Assembly: GCA_030167865.1 (NCBI GenBank)
Contig: JALAGF010000848.1
Location: 1 to 56,244 of the forward strand
DNA from: Craspedostauros australis
Taxonomy: Eukaryota
DNA: 56,244 nt
Direction: 5' to 3'
Below the pieces are notes generated by a model. That model worked only from the letters and a program-made list of their open reading frames with translations. It made no database searches and was not told the DNA's origin. Shown in pieces: positions 23,401 through 34,636 of the stretch. How positions within the stretch are numbered: the first letter of the stretch is position 1; each line of letters begins with the position of its first letter. A program made the position numbers and the translations under genes.

Positions 23401-24837
23401 GACAGCATCTACCTCGTTTTCCACAGCGAGTTTGGTGATGAGTTCCACGTTGGCGTAGTTGTTGGCGTTGGATCCGGCAGGGACCTCGACGAAGGAATCC
23501 GCGAGTCTGACGAACTCGGCGTTGGCCTTCAAATCCTCTGGCGATGCCATGGCGACGAATTCGATGGCGCGTTCGTCACCGAGCTCCATGTAGGCCCATT
23601 GGCGCACGGAGAGGATGCACTTGGTGGCAGCCATTCCGTTGTTGGCGATGAGGACCTTCTTGATGGGAAGGTTTCCACCGCGGGCCTCGACGTACTGCTC
23701 GACGGCCTTGGTGGATTCGCTGGTGACGATCTCGTCGATGGTGGCCATCTGGAGCATGTTCTCCATCTTGTTGACCCCGGTGGCGAATGGCGAGACCGTG
23801 CCTCTACGCTGGTACAGGTTGTTGGCCACGAAAGTGGCCGGTGCTGTCATTGTAGTTGTAATTGCGAATGCCGTTACATGAATGCATGAACGGTATTTTT
23901 GTGTTGGTGCAGAATTTGCAGTTGTCATGCGCAGACGTCGTCATCGGCATTTGATGAGGATATCGTCCGTGTGATGAGACGGTGAGTTGCAGTGATGGAT
24001 CAGCGTTTCAATGTTGATCGAAGACACGGTACGTCACATTGTGGAACGGAATGCAACGGAATACAACGAAACGAAATGGAAGAGGGAACGAGTACAGGAA
24101 ATGACATCGTCGCGCCAGTCCGGACAAGGAAAGAATGGAGATTGTGATGGTAGTGGTGGTGGTTGTGGAATGGGTGAGTTGATGCGGATTGCATGATGTT
24201 GACAAATCGCAAAGTCAAGACGCAAGTGATATCCGACCATGGAGTTGTTGCGTGACGCAAGAGGAAAACGACGATTGGCGGCGTTCGATCATTCATGTTT
24301 CATACTGAATGGTTGCTCATGCTGGCTGTCCTCATCGTGGTCGTTCGTTAAACAGTTTGAAAGCCTATCTGCCATCGTCATCGTTCACGTCCACGCCTCC
24401 ATTTATACCCCGTCCGCACAGATACGATGGCCGCGACGATGGTGGGTCAAGAAAGAACCGTGCCATGGCCGCCGGATCCAAAACAAGGAAATGGCGTGCA
24501 TGTTCGTGTTCATGTTTGTGGTCGGGTTTGTGTCTGTCGTTGATTGCGTGTGACATTCGGGTTCGGCATGTTTCTGGATCTCGACGTGCGTTTGTGGGAC
24601 TGTGCACGTGTCAAGGGAAGAAAAGATACGGAAGCCTGATGGCAACGATCCATCATCTCCATTCCCCGCCGTCCGTTCCAAATCGTTTCGTCGACTTTAC
24701 CGTCGCTGCACCTGCTATACCATGCTATCATCGTCGCTGCTATACTCACTCTTGACATTGTTGAATGCACTGGATTGGAGTGCAATGCTCGTGGCGACCA
24801 GAGCCGCGACGGCTTTGCCGTATGCACCTCCCCACAT
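17443..24837 (-). CDS. ACC1: Plastid homomeric acetyl-CoA carboxylase (BC-BCCP-CT); exons 24837-24750, 23843-22069, 21843-17443 (~2087 aa)
   Basis: BC motifs 'KVLIANNG', 'WPGWGHASE', 'KASEGGGGKGIR', 'RDCSTQRRFQK', 'ELNPRLQVEH'; biotinylation site 'EAMKM'; CT motifs 'ANWRGFSGG', 'GELRGGSWVV'. Exon 1 encodes the signal peptide MWGGAYGKAVAALVATSIALQSSA-F. Introns 24749-23844 (GTGAGT..GACAG) and 22068-21844 (GTACGT..CACAG) preserve frame. Confidence 0.96.
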
Positions 24838-24882
24838 CTTGACTGCTGGGTTTCTGTGAGATGTGCAGATGTGTGTGTTTTA

Positions 24883-25402
24883 TGACGTTTTGTGTTGACG
24901 TCTCTTGTGGTGTGGAGTGTGGCATGGTAGCGCGTGAAGGTGTGCTGAAGCGCGATGTGGAGTGAGATGTCACACAGTTGACTTGACACAAAGGCTTCCT
25001 GACCGCACAAGGGAGTTTGGCATTGTTCTGTGTGGGTTGGCACCGTTGAAGTTTTGGCGGAGCGATTGTGTGACGTTGGTGATGTCGATGGATCTCTCTG
25101 CCAGCAGATCCTCACGCAATTTCGAAATCCAAAGTTCGCATGTTGATGTCACATCTTCATCCGCGTACAACCACCGTGCCAACCCAAATACGTCTGTGTT
25201 CACTCTTCACTTGATGTGTCGCCTGGTGACGTCTGGTCCACATCGAACGGCTGGTGACATCAAATCTGCTTCACGCACCTGCCTGGTTCGCGTGTTGACA
25301 ACTTCGCGTGATTTGATTTCCATCATCAAGATGACGACGTGTAACCAATCATCGTCGCTTTCTGCAGTCCCGGGTAGGAGGTTCGTGACGATGCCGACGT
25401 CA
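24883..25402. promoter_or_regulatory. Cluster of five TGACGT/ACGTCA boxes in the divergent ACC1/RPN11 intergenic region
   Basis: TGACGT at 24883, 24896, 25071 and 25227; ACGTCA at 25397; further TGAC half-sites. Confidence 0.4.
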
Positions 25403-25789
25403 TTGTTTATGAACGGCTCTGCTCACTTCTCTTTCTCCTCATTGTTGTGTCGTGTGGAATAAACGCCTATCCAGGTACTTTTACACGTTTCAACCTCAGG
25501 ACTGATCTCATTCTTCGAGAGTAGACGGACTCAGATGACCGCTTGGACGTTGGACACACTCGAGCACTTCGACATTCTCCATCGCGTTCGCTGTGGTTCG
25601 ATGGGCGAAACCAACAAAGGGACACAGGAGAGAGTCAAGATTCCAACAAGGGTATGCGCAGACCCAACAAGAGAGCGGCAACAGGCGGAAGATCCCACAG
25701 AAGAAGCCCAGCCGAACATCAGGCACCGCAACACGGTCACACAGCACAAACCAGAGCAACTCTGTGAGTTCAGGAAAGGAAGCATTGAC

Positions 25790-25835
25790 AGCAATAGTAT
25801 TAGTAATAGCAATAGCAATAGCAATAGCAATAGCA
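25790..25835 (+). repeat. (GCAATA)n hexamer repeat in the RPN11 5' leader
   Basis: agcaatagtattagtaatagcaatagcaatagcaatagcaatagca. Confidence 0.85.
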
Positions 25836-25843
25836 GGCGAAAG

Positions 25844-26779
25844 ATGGAGCGGTTACAGCAGCTGATGCGAACGATGCCAGGCAGCGGCGGCCTGGGTGCA
25901 GCCGGAGGGGACTCGCCAACTCCGGATTGCGCAGAGAAGGTCCACGTGAGCTCCCTGGCCTTGCTGAAGATGCTGAAGCACGGACGCGCGGGCGTGCCGA
26001 TGGAGGTCATGGGCCTCATGCTGGGACAGTTCGTGGATGACTACACCATCAACTGCGTCGACGTCTTCGCCATGCCGCAGAGCGGAACCACGGTCAGCGT
26101 CGAATCCGTGGACCCCGTCTTCCAGAAGGACATGCTCGACATGCTCAAGCAGACGGGACGTCCGGAGATGGTGGTGGGCTGGTACCACTCTCACCCGGGA
26201 TTCGGCTGCTGGCTCTCCTCCACCGACATCAACACGCAGGCGTCCTTCGAGCAGCTCAACGCCAGAGCGGTGGCGCTCGTCATCGACCCCATCCAGTCCG
26301 TCAAGGGCAAGGTCGTCATCGACTGCTTCCGCCTCATCAACCCGCAGCTCATGATGCTGGGCCAGGAGCCGCGCCAGACGACCTCCAACATCGGCCATCT
26401 CCAGAAGCCCTCCATCCAGGCGCTCATCCACGGCCTCACGCGCCACTACTACTCCATCGTCATCGACTACCGCAAGAACGAACTCGAGGAGCAGATGCTC
26501 ATGAACCTGCACAAGCGGAACTGGACCACGTCGCTGCAGCTGCAAAAGTTTCAGGATCATCAGCAATCCAACGAAAAGCTCATGGCCAAGATGCTCAAGC
26601 TCACCAAGGACTACAACGAGCGCGTGCAGCAGGAGGAGGGCAAGACGTCGGAGGAGATACTGGTGGACAACGTGGGAAAGATCGACCCCAAGCGCCATCT
26701 CGAAAGCAGCGTGGCCGATCTCATGAGCTCCAACATCATCCAGTGCTTGGGGACCATGTTGGATACTGTCATTTTTTAG
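25844..26779 (+). CDS. RPN11: 26S proteasome lid deubiquitinase Rpn11 (PSMD14)
   Basis: '[26 protein letters not shown]' and JAMM motif '[17 protein letters not shown]'; C-terminus '[10 protein letters not shown]'; start assigned to MERLQQLM. Confidence 0.97.
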   Translation: MERLQQLMRTMPGSGGLGAAGGDSPTPDCAEKVHVSSLALLKMLKHGRAGVPMEVMGLMLGQFVDDYTINCVDVFAMPQSGTTVSVESVDPVFQKDMLDMLKQTGRPEMVVGWYHSHPGFGCWLSSTDINTQASFEQLNARAVALVIDPIQSVKGKVVIDCFRLINPQLMMLGQEPRQTTSNIGHLQKPSIQALIHGLTRHYYSIVIDYRKNELEEQMLMNLHKRNWTTSLQLQKFQDHQQSNEKLMAKMLKLTKDYNERVQQEEGKTSEEILVDNVGKIDPKRHLESSVADLMSSNIIQCLGTMLDTVIF

Positions 26780-27023
26780 ATGTCGAAGCGTATGTACCAT
26801 ACCAACACAATAGTACAACACAGTACAACAACACAGTACAATGCTGCGTATTCCGAATAAGAAGACTGCACTGTCTGTACTACATGCTCTATCGTTGTCT
26901 ACCGCCCGAGTGTGAGGAGGAAGTGAGCGATGACGATGTTGTGGATGGAACGCGCACCAGGATTATATCATATAATATGATTTGATAACGTTTTGCGTTC
27001 AACTCCTTGAACGCATTCCTCGT

Positions 27024-28247
27024 TCAACCGCGACGGAGTCTCTTGCTCCTCCTCAGATTCGGTTGTTCCTTTTTGGCTTCCGTCGGCTTTGCTTCACGTT
27101 TTGGCTTTGCCTTGGTATCATCTTTTGGTGTTGTTTTAGGGTTGCCACAGTCGGCATCACCATCGGCATCACCATCACCACCACCCTTGCCTTCTCTCAC
27201 TGCTTCCTCCACGACGACAATGTTCTTTCCGGCCTCCTCCACCACCTTCCCTTCTTGGATGTCGCTGACTTCAGAGTCACCTCCATCGTTCTCGCTGTCT
27301 TCCTTCACGCCGTCAGGGACGGCCTGCGATGCGCCTTCCGTTTTTGGCTTTTCCTTCATCTTCGTCTTTTTGGCCTCGCCAGCACTCTTCTTTTGTGATT
27401 TCAACTTTTGCAACGATGTCACAATGGCCGACGTCCGTCCACCCGACGTCACGAAGGTGATCTTCTTGCCATCCGCTGTCTTGCTCCCCTCTTTCTTCTT
27501 CGTCCACCGGGCATGGAACATCCAATCGGAGGGAAATTCCTTGCGCGCTTTCAAACTTCCCACCGCAGTCGTCAAGATCCATCCCAACTTCTCCACGACC
27601 AAATCTGCCTGCTCCATCGTCAAGTGCGTCTGATCCGGATGCATCCGACTTTGGTACATCACTTCGTCCGCAATCCAATTCCCAACCCCGCTTACGACGC
27701 GCTTCTGGTCCATCAGGATGGCCTTGATGCCCCTCGACTTTTGCATCAGCGCATCGCGGATGCTCGTGCGATTCGCATCGAGATCGTCGTGCGCATCTGG
27801 TGCCAACTCGGCGAAGTCCGTGGTATCCTGCAACACGACGGAACCAAACTTGCGCGGATCGGAGAAGCAGGCGCTGGTGCTGGTTTCCAATTGCAGATAC
27901 GAATGCGGCGGTGGATACTGCATGGCGGCGGTGCCCGACAACTCCATCAATCGCGGCACGTGCGTCGCGCTCGAGATGCGGCCCGTCATGCCCATGTGCA
28001 GCAGCAAGAAAGCGCGGGATGATTTTTGGTCGCGTGTCGTCAACTGCAGTGCGAGCTGCTTGCCTTTGCGCAAGACGTCTTGCACGTAGTACTTGGTGTC
28101 ATGGACAGAAGCAATGTCATCATCGGATAGGAACTTGCGAGGTGGCTTCTTGTCAATCGACAAGCGCTTCAATTTCAGGGGATGCGTGTCGGAGATCAAC
28201 GGCAGGAGGATCTGCCTGTAGTTCTCCACTTCGGGCAGTTCCGGCAT
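27024..28247 (-). CDS. FPG: Formamidopyrimidine-DNA glycosylase (Fpg/MutM family; plant/fungal-type lacking the C4 zinc finger) with a K/E-rich tail
   Basis: N-terminal 'MPELPEVE', 'RKGKQL', 'HMGMTG', 'FSDPRKFG', H2TH 'KAILMDQ..VSGVGNWIADE', zincless 'GGRTSA'; C-terminal NLS-like RRSKRLRR. Confidence 0.93.
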   Translation of the reverse strand: MPELPEVENYRQILLPLISDTHPLKLKRLSIDKKPPRKFLSDDDIASVHDTKYYVQDVLRKGKQLALQLTTRDQKSSRAFLLLHMGMTGRISSATHVPRLMELSGTAAMQYPPPHSYLQLETSTSACFSDPRKFGSVVLQDTTDFAELAPDAHDDLDANRTSIRDALMQKSRGIKAILMDQKRVVSGVGNWIADEVMYQSRMHPDQTHLTMEQADLVVEKLGWILTTAVGSLKARKEFPSDWMFHARWTKKKEGSKTADGKKITFVTSGGRTSAIVTSLQKLKSQKKSAGEAKKTKMKEKPKTEGASQAVPDGVKEDSENDGGDSEVSDIQEGKVVEEAGKNIVVVEEAVREGKGGGDGDADGDADCGNPKTTPKDDTKAKPKREAKPTEAKKEQPNLRRSKRLRRG

Positions 28248-28539
28248 GGCGGAATGAGATATCAGTCGAGTCAGTTGCGTTGTGTGACGAGTTGCTGATT
28301 GTGAGGGGTGCGCTCTTGCAACAATACAAAGAGTGGATGTGCTGAAGGTATGCGCAGAGATGGAACGGGGTGCCGAGTCGGTGAGAACGATGGTGATGTT
28401 TGCAGTGTTCGTGACGGCCTTCTCTCTTGCGCAAAAATGGCACGAAGTGTGGGAGGAGGTTGATGCGGTGGCAACATTTCAAATCTGCTTTCTTCAAACG
28501 TGCACACAGGATTTAGCAAGATACCATGTTGGATTGAGC

Positions 28540-28558
28540 CTCTCTCTCTCTCTCTCTC
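28540..28558. repeat. (CT)n microsatellite
   Basis: ~9 CT units. Confidence 0.85.
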
Positions 28559-29604
28559 CAGGGAGACAGCGAGAGAGATAACGGAGAGGCCGATTCTGAA
28601 CGAGCATAGTGGACACAAGGACAAGGCATCGGAGTCCATCGATCACAATTGTCATCACTCTGCTCCATCTTTGGGATAGAGGTTCCACCCCACAACCGGG
28701 CTGTCCGTGGATTACCTCTTGAACTCCATTTGGGGAAACAAGGGAGCGTTGCCGCCGTCCCAAAGTCAGATTTCTGCGGAGGATGTGATCTATAGCACTC
28801 TACCATACCTACTCTACACGTTTGCCCACCACGTTTACTAGAGTCTATCCGCGTTCCATAGGTCGTACTCTACTCTGTTCTAGAGGTTCCAGCGGGAACA
28901 AACTCTCGCTCGCCACAGCAACGGCCTTCATGATGCTCCAGATTGTATTCTTGACGCAGCCCCACAACCAAGAGACATCTTGCAAGATGCACGGCGATCA
29001 TTGGTGCAACACAATGCGACATAGTGCAGCACAGGAATTAGAAGTATAATAAATTAGAGTCTATTATGCCCAGAGTGAGTAGAGCAGAGTGGCCATACTC
29101 CATCGGTATTCGGAAGCGACAACTTTGGATGTCCTTGTCTTGACGAATAGGGACAGTCTAGTGAAACCGATTTCGGATGGCACATCTGTGAAATGTGCAT
29201 GAATCCATATTATTACACGAGCTCTCTGCGAGCTCTTTTTGGAAATGGAACGCAGATTCGTGGAGGATTGGCGGAACCAGTCCCGTTTCGTTCCTGTCCA
29301 TCAATCGATCTTGTTTTCCGCCAAATGATGTGCCACCACAGACACCGCAAAGAAACTGCGACCGCGACCATGCTGATCCCACCCTCCCGGTTCGTTCGTT
29401 GGCGTGTTGTTCCTCCGATCAAACTGATTCTGTTTCTTCCTTCTTCTTTCTCTTGTGTGTTGTGCTCATCGTCGTGGCTTTCCGAGAAGTCCTGCGTAGT
29501 CTGCATCCTTCTTCAGGTTCTATCTCATGATCCTTTCCCACAACAGAATTCCCACTCGAACTTCCACCATCACCAGCACACTTACTCTCAGCATCGCCAT
29601 TATC

Positions 29605-30438
29605 ATGTTCGCATCCACGATCCGTCTCGCTTCGTCCCGTTTTGTGAGCACCACCGCACGATCCTCCTGCGCCGCCTTTCTGCCCACCGCACAACGCCCG
29701 GCCATGTTCAGCACCACCACTTCGCTGAGCGCCATCAACGTCGCTGATCAGGTGGGCAACGACGTGCAGGGCGCCATCGATTCGCTGGCCACCGCCGACG
29801 CCGTCTGCTTCGATGTCGATTCCACGGTCCTCGCCGAGGAGGGCATCGATATCCTGGCCGGTCATCTGGGCAAGGGTGAGGAAGTCTCCGAGCTCACGAA
29901 GCGCGCCATGGACGGTTCCACCAAATTCCAGGACGCCCTGTCGCAACGCCTTGACTTGCTGCAGCCCGACCGCGCGCGCATCCTGGATTGCTTGGAGGAT
30001 CATCCGCCAGTCCTGTCGCAGGGTATCGAGGCCTTGATGCAATCCCTGCACCGCAAGAAAGTCGACGTGTGGCTGGTCTCGGGCGGATTCCGGATCATGA
30101 TCGAGCCCGTGGCGATGCGACTCAACATCCCGGTGGAGCAGATCTATGCCAACACCATCCAGTTCGATGATCATGGCATGTACACCGGCTTTGACGACAC
30201 CGAGCTGACGAGCCGCGATATGGGCAAGCCCAAGGCAGTGGCGCAGATAAAGGAGAAGATGGGATACGAGACCGTCGTCATGGTGGGGGATGGTGCCACC
30301 GATGCGCAGGCCAAGCCACCGGCGGACCATTTCATCGGATTCGGTGGCATCGTGGCCCGTGAGGCCGTGAAGGCCAAGGCTGATTGGTTCGTGACGGACT
30401 TTGACGGCATGAAGGAGATCGTGGAGGCACGTCCATAG
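29605..30438 (+). CDS. PSPH: Phosphoserine phosphatase (HAD family) with a mitochondrial-type presequence
   Basis: HAD motifs 'VCFDVDST', 'LVSGGF', 'GKPK', 'MVGDGATD', 'FIGFGG'. N-terminus MFASTIRLASSRFVSTTARSS is R/S/T/A-rich and lacks acidic residues. Confidence 0.93.
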   Translation: MFASTIRLASSRFVSTTARSSCAAFLPTAQRPAMFSTTTSLSAINVADQVGNDVQGAIDSLATADAVCFDVDSTVLAEEGIDILAGHLGKGEEVSELTKRAMDGSTKFQDALSQRLDLLQPDRARILDCLEDHPPVLSQGIEALMQSLHRKKVDVWLVSGGFRIMIEPVAMRLNIPVEQIYANTIQFDDHGMYTGFDDTELTSRDMGKPKAVAQIKEKMGYETVVMVGDGATDAQAKPPADHFIGFGGIVAREAVKAKADWFVTDFDGMKEIVEARP

Positions 30439-30845
30439 ATTTCCCCTGACGTGATGTTGGAATATGCCAGAGCACCCATACGGTGGAGTATCCTCCGCGC
30501 TCTCTCTGGAGTAGTACCATTAATGCTCTGCTCGGTCGCAGTACTTGATGCGCCCTTGGCCAAGTCGACAGTGCGTGAAGTCATCAACCATGGATGACAC
30601 ACAAAGCTCGCGGATACTGCGTGGATGGAGATTCGCAAACCTGGACGACCTCGCACAACGTGAAGATCATAACTTCTTGTGACCACACACTTTCGAACAA
30701 CGGTATGAAGAATCTAGAATTTGGAGTAGGTTGATTAACTTGCTGCTCGGTTTCATGAAACGCGCATGTTGCGCAAATGCTCAATAGATACTGTAGAGTG
30801 AATGCACTCCATTGACTCAGCTGGTCTGCTTGGTGGATCATCCAA

Positions 30846-32585
30846 CTATGAAAATCGTGTAGGATCGAAGGCAAAACTCAACTTGCCGTCAACAAAACCG
30901 CTGCTCGTCGAAGCGGATGGCTTGGTCGATGCATGATTGTTGCCGTTGCCGTGTGTGCCGGTTGCAGTGTTGCTGTCGTCCTCTTCGTCTTCTTCCGGTG
31001 CGCAACATGCGCAGCCACCCTTCCTGGATGCCTGCTTCAGTGTCCAATGTTCCTTGGGCAGGACGGTATCCTGCAGGGTCTTGTCGCCAATGAGGATGGA
31101 CTTGTGCTGAAAGACGCAATTCTCTATCGCGGCCATATCGTACGATCCGGCTGCAAACGATGTGGTGGTGGATGCAGATTCCTCGTGCTGCGCGTCCTGC
31201 AGCCATTCCATCACGTCTTCCACGATCTGCTTATCGAGACCGCTGGATTTCGTGCCGGTGATGAATTGCAGCAAGCTGGCAACGCTCCAGAACAAATCTT
31301 GCTTGTCGGGAACGGAGCCTTGTTGCTGCTGCATGAGCAGTTCGTACTTGAGGACGTACGGCAAGTATCCGTTGCTATTTTCATCATGCTTCAACGCAAA
31401 GAAGGCATCCACACTGGACATCCAAGATTCGACGACCTGTGCCTGTTGGACGGGGATCTGTGACAGGGCGATTGGAAGGTTTCGAATCTGGTTGGACAGA
31501 TACGGCAGTGTCGGGATGGAATGGATGGTGGAATCCGAGCTGGGTGCGATGGTGGTGATGCCTTCGAGTGTCGTTGCGAGGCTGCTTGTGGATGGAAATG
31601 ATGCCGAACTGGCATTCTGCATGGCACGTTGCACGGATGCCATGCATCCGTCGTAGGCGAAGACGTGACGGTCATCCGGGAAGGCCTGCTGCAGCACCGG
31701 AAGCACAGCGGACGTGACAGATTGACCAGGCAACGTGATGACGATGCTCTTCGCCTGGGCTGGCTGCTGCTGTGCCTCCAATCGGCAGAGGGCAAAGAGG
31801 ATGGATTTGGCATTTGCAGCGACCTTGGAGCTGGTGGACATCCAGTGCGTGAGGGAGACCATCCAGGATGGCTGGGAGATGATGGTGGTGTCCTGAAAAT
31901 GATCGTTGTGGCGCAGCATGCCCTCGATGAGTTGCGTGGCGGCACCAGAACTGGCATCAGCGACGAAGCAGAATGCCGTGAGGATAATCCTCGCCTCGTA
32001 CACCTTCGCCAAGGCGTCTGTGAATGGAATCAAGGGCAGCTGGAACACCTCGCTGTCGTACCCATCCTGGTTGTCCGATTCAGCAAGCGTCTTCCTGAGC
32101 AGGAAGATGTGCGGGAGATCGCCAATCCTGTACGAATCTTCGACGCCGAAATCGATCTTGAGGATGGTGACGGAGATGTTGGCCTTCGAGGTCTTCTTCT
32201 GCTCGGCGGAGGAGCTGACGAGGTCATCCACAAACAGCTGGATGGCAGCCTCGCCGGTAATGCGATTGACGATGCGCTCCAAGGGGTTGGTTGGAATGCC
32301 CCCTTTGGACGAAGAGGTGTTGCCGGGGGAGGAGGCATGGACCCCAAGAACTCCGCCCAGCAGGTAGTAGTCGACCTGGAGGTTGATCTTCTCCACGAAC
32401 TTCTTCCACCTGTACTGGTACTCCTGTCGACGCTTGATCATCAAGCGGGTTGGGCTGAACAGAGACCTCGACACCCTGTCGCTCTGGAGGAAGCACAGGG
32501 TTACCACGGTGGCCACCGCGCCTCCGACGGCAGTGGGAAGCAGTGTGGCGCCTCCGCTAGCGATCAAGTCGTTCATCACGGACAT
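30846..32585 (-). CDS. Uncharacterised protein with an N-terminal TM anchor and a possible degenerate sulfotransferase-like fold (~579 aa)
   Basis: Long single-exon ORF. TM 'LLPTAVGGAVATVVTLCFL'; 'CFVADASSG', 'IISQP' and 'QAFPDDRHVFAYDG' loosely resemble sulfotransferase-family segments; 'GGCACCAPEED' near the C-terminus. Confidence 0.75.
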   Translation of the reverse strand: MSVMNDLIASGGATLLPTAVGGAVATVVTLCFLQSDRVSRSLFSPTRLMIKRRQEYQYRWKKFVEKINLQVDYYLLGGVLGVHASSPGNTSSSKGGIPTNPLERIVNRITGEAAIQLFVDDLVSSSAEQKKTSKANISVTILKIDFGVEDSYRIGDLPHIFLLRKTLAESDNQDGYDSEVFQLPLIPFTDALAKVYEARIILTAFCFVADASSGAATQLIEGMLRHNDHFQDTTIISQPSWMVSLTHWMSTSSKVAANAKSILFALCRLEAQQQPAQAKSIVITLPGQSVTSAVLPVLQQAFPDDRHVFAYDGCMASVQRAMQNASSASFPSTSSLATTLEGITTIAPSSDSTIHSIPTLPYLSNQIRNLPIALSQIPVQQAQVVESWMSSVDAFFALKHDENSNGYLPYVLKYELLMQQQQGSVPDKQDLFWSVASLLQFITGTKSSGLDKQIVEDVMEWLQDAQHEESASTTTSFAAGSYDMAAIENCVFQHKSILIGDKTLQDTVLPKEHWTLKQASRKGGCACCAPEEDEEDDSNTATGTHGNGNNHASTKPSASTSSGFVDGKLSFAFDPTRFS

Positions 32586-33387
32586 CGGCTGCGTACAAGT
32601 ATGCGAACTTGGTTTGGTTTGGCTTGGCTTAGCTTGGCTGGGATGGGATGTTGCCGGCAAGGTCTTGCAGGTTCAGAAGTGTGCAGTCTCTGTTGGCTTT
32701 CCTCCTTGAGCAACTATCCGTTGGTGTAATATTATGTGACCTACGAGAGTTATGTCACACGCGAGTGTCGACCCGTGTTGTGAGAAAAGGGCACCAGAAG
32801 GGAGGGGAGGAGAGGAGTCAAGGATATGATGTCGTTGTTGGTGTTGGTGCTGTTGCTGTTGCTGCTCCTGTTTCTATGTTGGGCACGGTGCCTGTCTGCA
32901 CGCGTTTTCGTTGGAGGTGTCAGTCGCTCCATTCCGGCAGATCTGTTTCTGCCTTCTGCACTTTCGGCCACGTATCTGTTGGTGCGGAGATGCGAAGTGG
33001 CAACCTTCCGACAAACGTTTCCGAACACCTTCGTCGTTGTGTTCCTTTTGTTTTGTTTGGCTACCAAGCAAGCTCCTTGAAAATTTAGATTGTCTGATAG
33101 TACTGTTGTTTCATTCATATTTTTCAGTCACAGTTGGGAGTTTTCGGAGGATCGAAACTAAGAAGGAGCTAATCGTTTCTGTCCATCCGCCAAACACAAT
33201 CCAAGCCTGCACGACCTGTCGCAGATTCTGTGACAACCCTGCTGCGAGGGACACATCACCGAAGACATCACTGGCATCAGGACAACCTCCTTGCGTCCAT
33301 CATCAGCGCGGTCGCCTGGATCACAGGCATTATCCCAAACAAACAAACAAAGGATCAAACAATCCAGACGAAGCAACAACGACGACG

Positions 33388-34455
33388 ATGATCCGAGCAG
33401 CCATCAGTACGAGTATGCGCGGCATGTGCAAGACTTCTGTCTGTCGCAACACTGCGTTGCCGCAACTTCGATCTCACGTTCGGCGTCACCTGACGGCGGA
33501 TGCAACGGCAGCCACTGCAGAGTCGCAGCAGCAGAAACGTCTCCTGGTCGTCTCCAGGGCCAAGTTCCAGAAGCATTACAAACCCAAGCCAAAGACCGAT
33601 CCAAAGGCCAACTCCGGCGATGACAAGCCGTGGCCGTTCTGGACCAAGATGGCTGCGGGCGTGGCGCTTTCCACAAGCGTCCCGTACATGTTCATTTGGT
33701 GGATTTCGTCCGAACCGAGCCTTCGGGAGAGCCAGCCATGGATCGATCGGTTCCGGTTTCATTTCGCCACGGAGGATCCGACGATTGTTCCCTACACCGA
33801 GGCCATGAACGAGACTGGTGACGACCAGAGCATCACCACGGAAGGTGCTCAGCCGTACGAGGGATATCTGTTCCCCAAGGAGCTCACGTACGCGGAACGA
33901 ATTCAGCAAGCGGAGATTGAAGATCGCGATCACAGCAACGTCAAGGTCTCAGTCCTCACGACTGCAGGCACGATGGTGGAGCAGGAGGTACCTGCCAACA
34001 TCCATGCAACGCCTGCGGATGTGTTGGAAGGCATCGGCAGGAACGACGATGACAAGACGGACGTCTTCGTCAACTTCTCGACTGCGGAGACGGAGGATCG
34101 GCAAGCCAGCGACGAGTTCACGTTGGATGGCACTTCGATGACGTCCATGTCAAGCGCTGGCATCGGCGCAATCCCGGCGCAGACCAACCCAACCGCCAAG
34201 CTCTCCCAAATACGATCCCCATGGCAGTACGAAGAGCAGCAGCAGCAGCAGCAGCAAGCGCAGCAAATCCAGGTGCAGCAATCATCAAAAAACAGCAGCG
34301 TCGACATTGACATTTCGAGGCTGGAATACACCATCGCGCAGCTGGAGCATGAAATGAAGAATCCCACGCGCAGCATCGATGATGTCATGGCGGAGCTCAA
34401 CTCAGCCAAGCGGGAGCTGCGCAAGTACCGATGGAGAAAGCGATTGGGAATGTAG
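33388..34455 (+). CDS. Uncharacterised, probably mitochondrial inner-membrane protein (~355 aa)
   Basis: R-rich presequence MIRAAISTSMRG...LRSHVRRHL; single TM 'MAAGVALSTSVPYMFIWWIS'; polyQ and C-terminal coiled coil. Confidence 0.75.
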   Translation: MIRAAISTSMRGMCKTSVCRNTALPQLRSHVRRHLTADATAATAESQQQKRLLVVSRAKFQKHYKPKPKTDPKANSGDDKPWPFWTKMAAGVALSTSVPYMFIWWISSEPSLRESQPWIDRFRFHFATEDPTIVPYTEAMNETGDDQSITTEGAQPYEGYLFPKELTYAERIQQAEIEDRDHSNVKVSVLTTAGTMVEQEVPANIHATPADVLEGIGRNDDDKTDVFVNFSTAETEDRQASDEFTLDGTSMTSMSSAGIGAIPAQTNPTAKLSQIRSPWQYEEQQQQQQQAQQIQVQQSSKNSSVDIDISRLEYTIAQLEHEMKNPTRSIDDVMAELNSAKRELRKYRWRKRLGM

Positions 34456-34636
34456 GCTATCATGCGCATGATCATGATCCATCATGGTCTCTGAACATGA
34501 CAACACTCTACTCCACCTCATTCCGCAATGCATCTTCTCTGATAGCCTTCACTTCACTTCACCCGTGCTCTATTTTACTTGCAAGATTGACCGCTGGACT
34601 CTACACCAATAACTACTTTGCTCTGAATCGTTTCGA

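Noticed and set aside
25535..25843. 103-aa N-terminal extension of Rpn11
   Set aside because: Includes a GCAATA microsatellite; Rpn11 homology starts at MERLQ (25844); most likely 5' UTR
32911..33387. N-terminal extension of the 514-aa ORF
   Set aside because: Non-ATG start and leader-like composition; the presequence begins at ATG 33388
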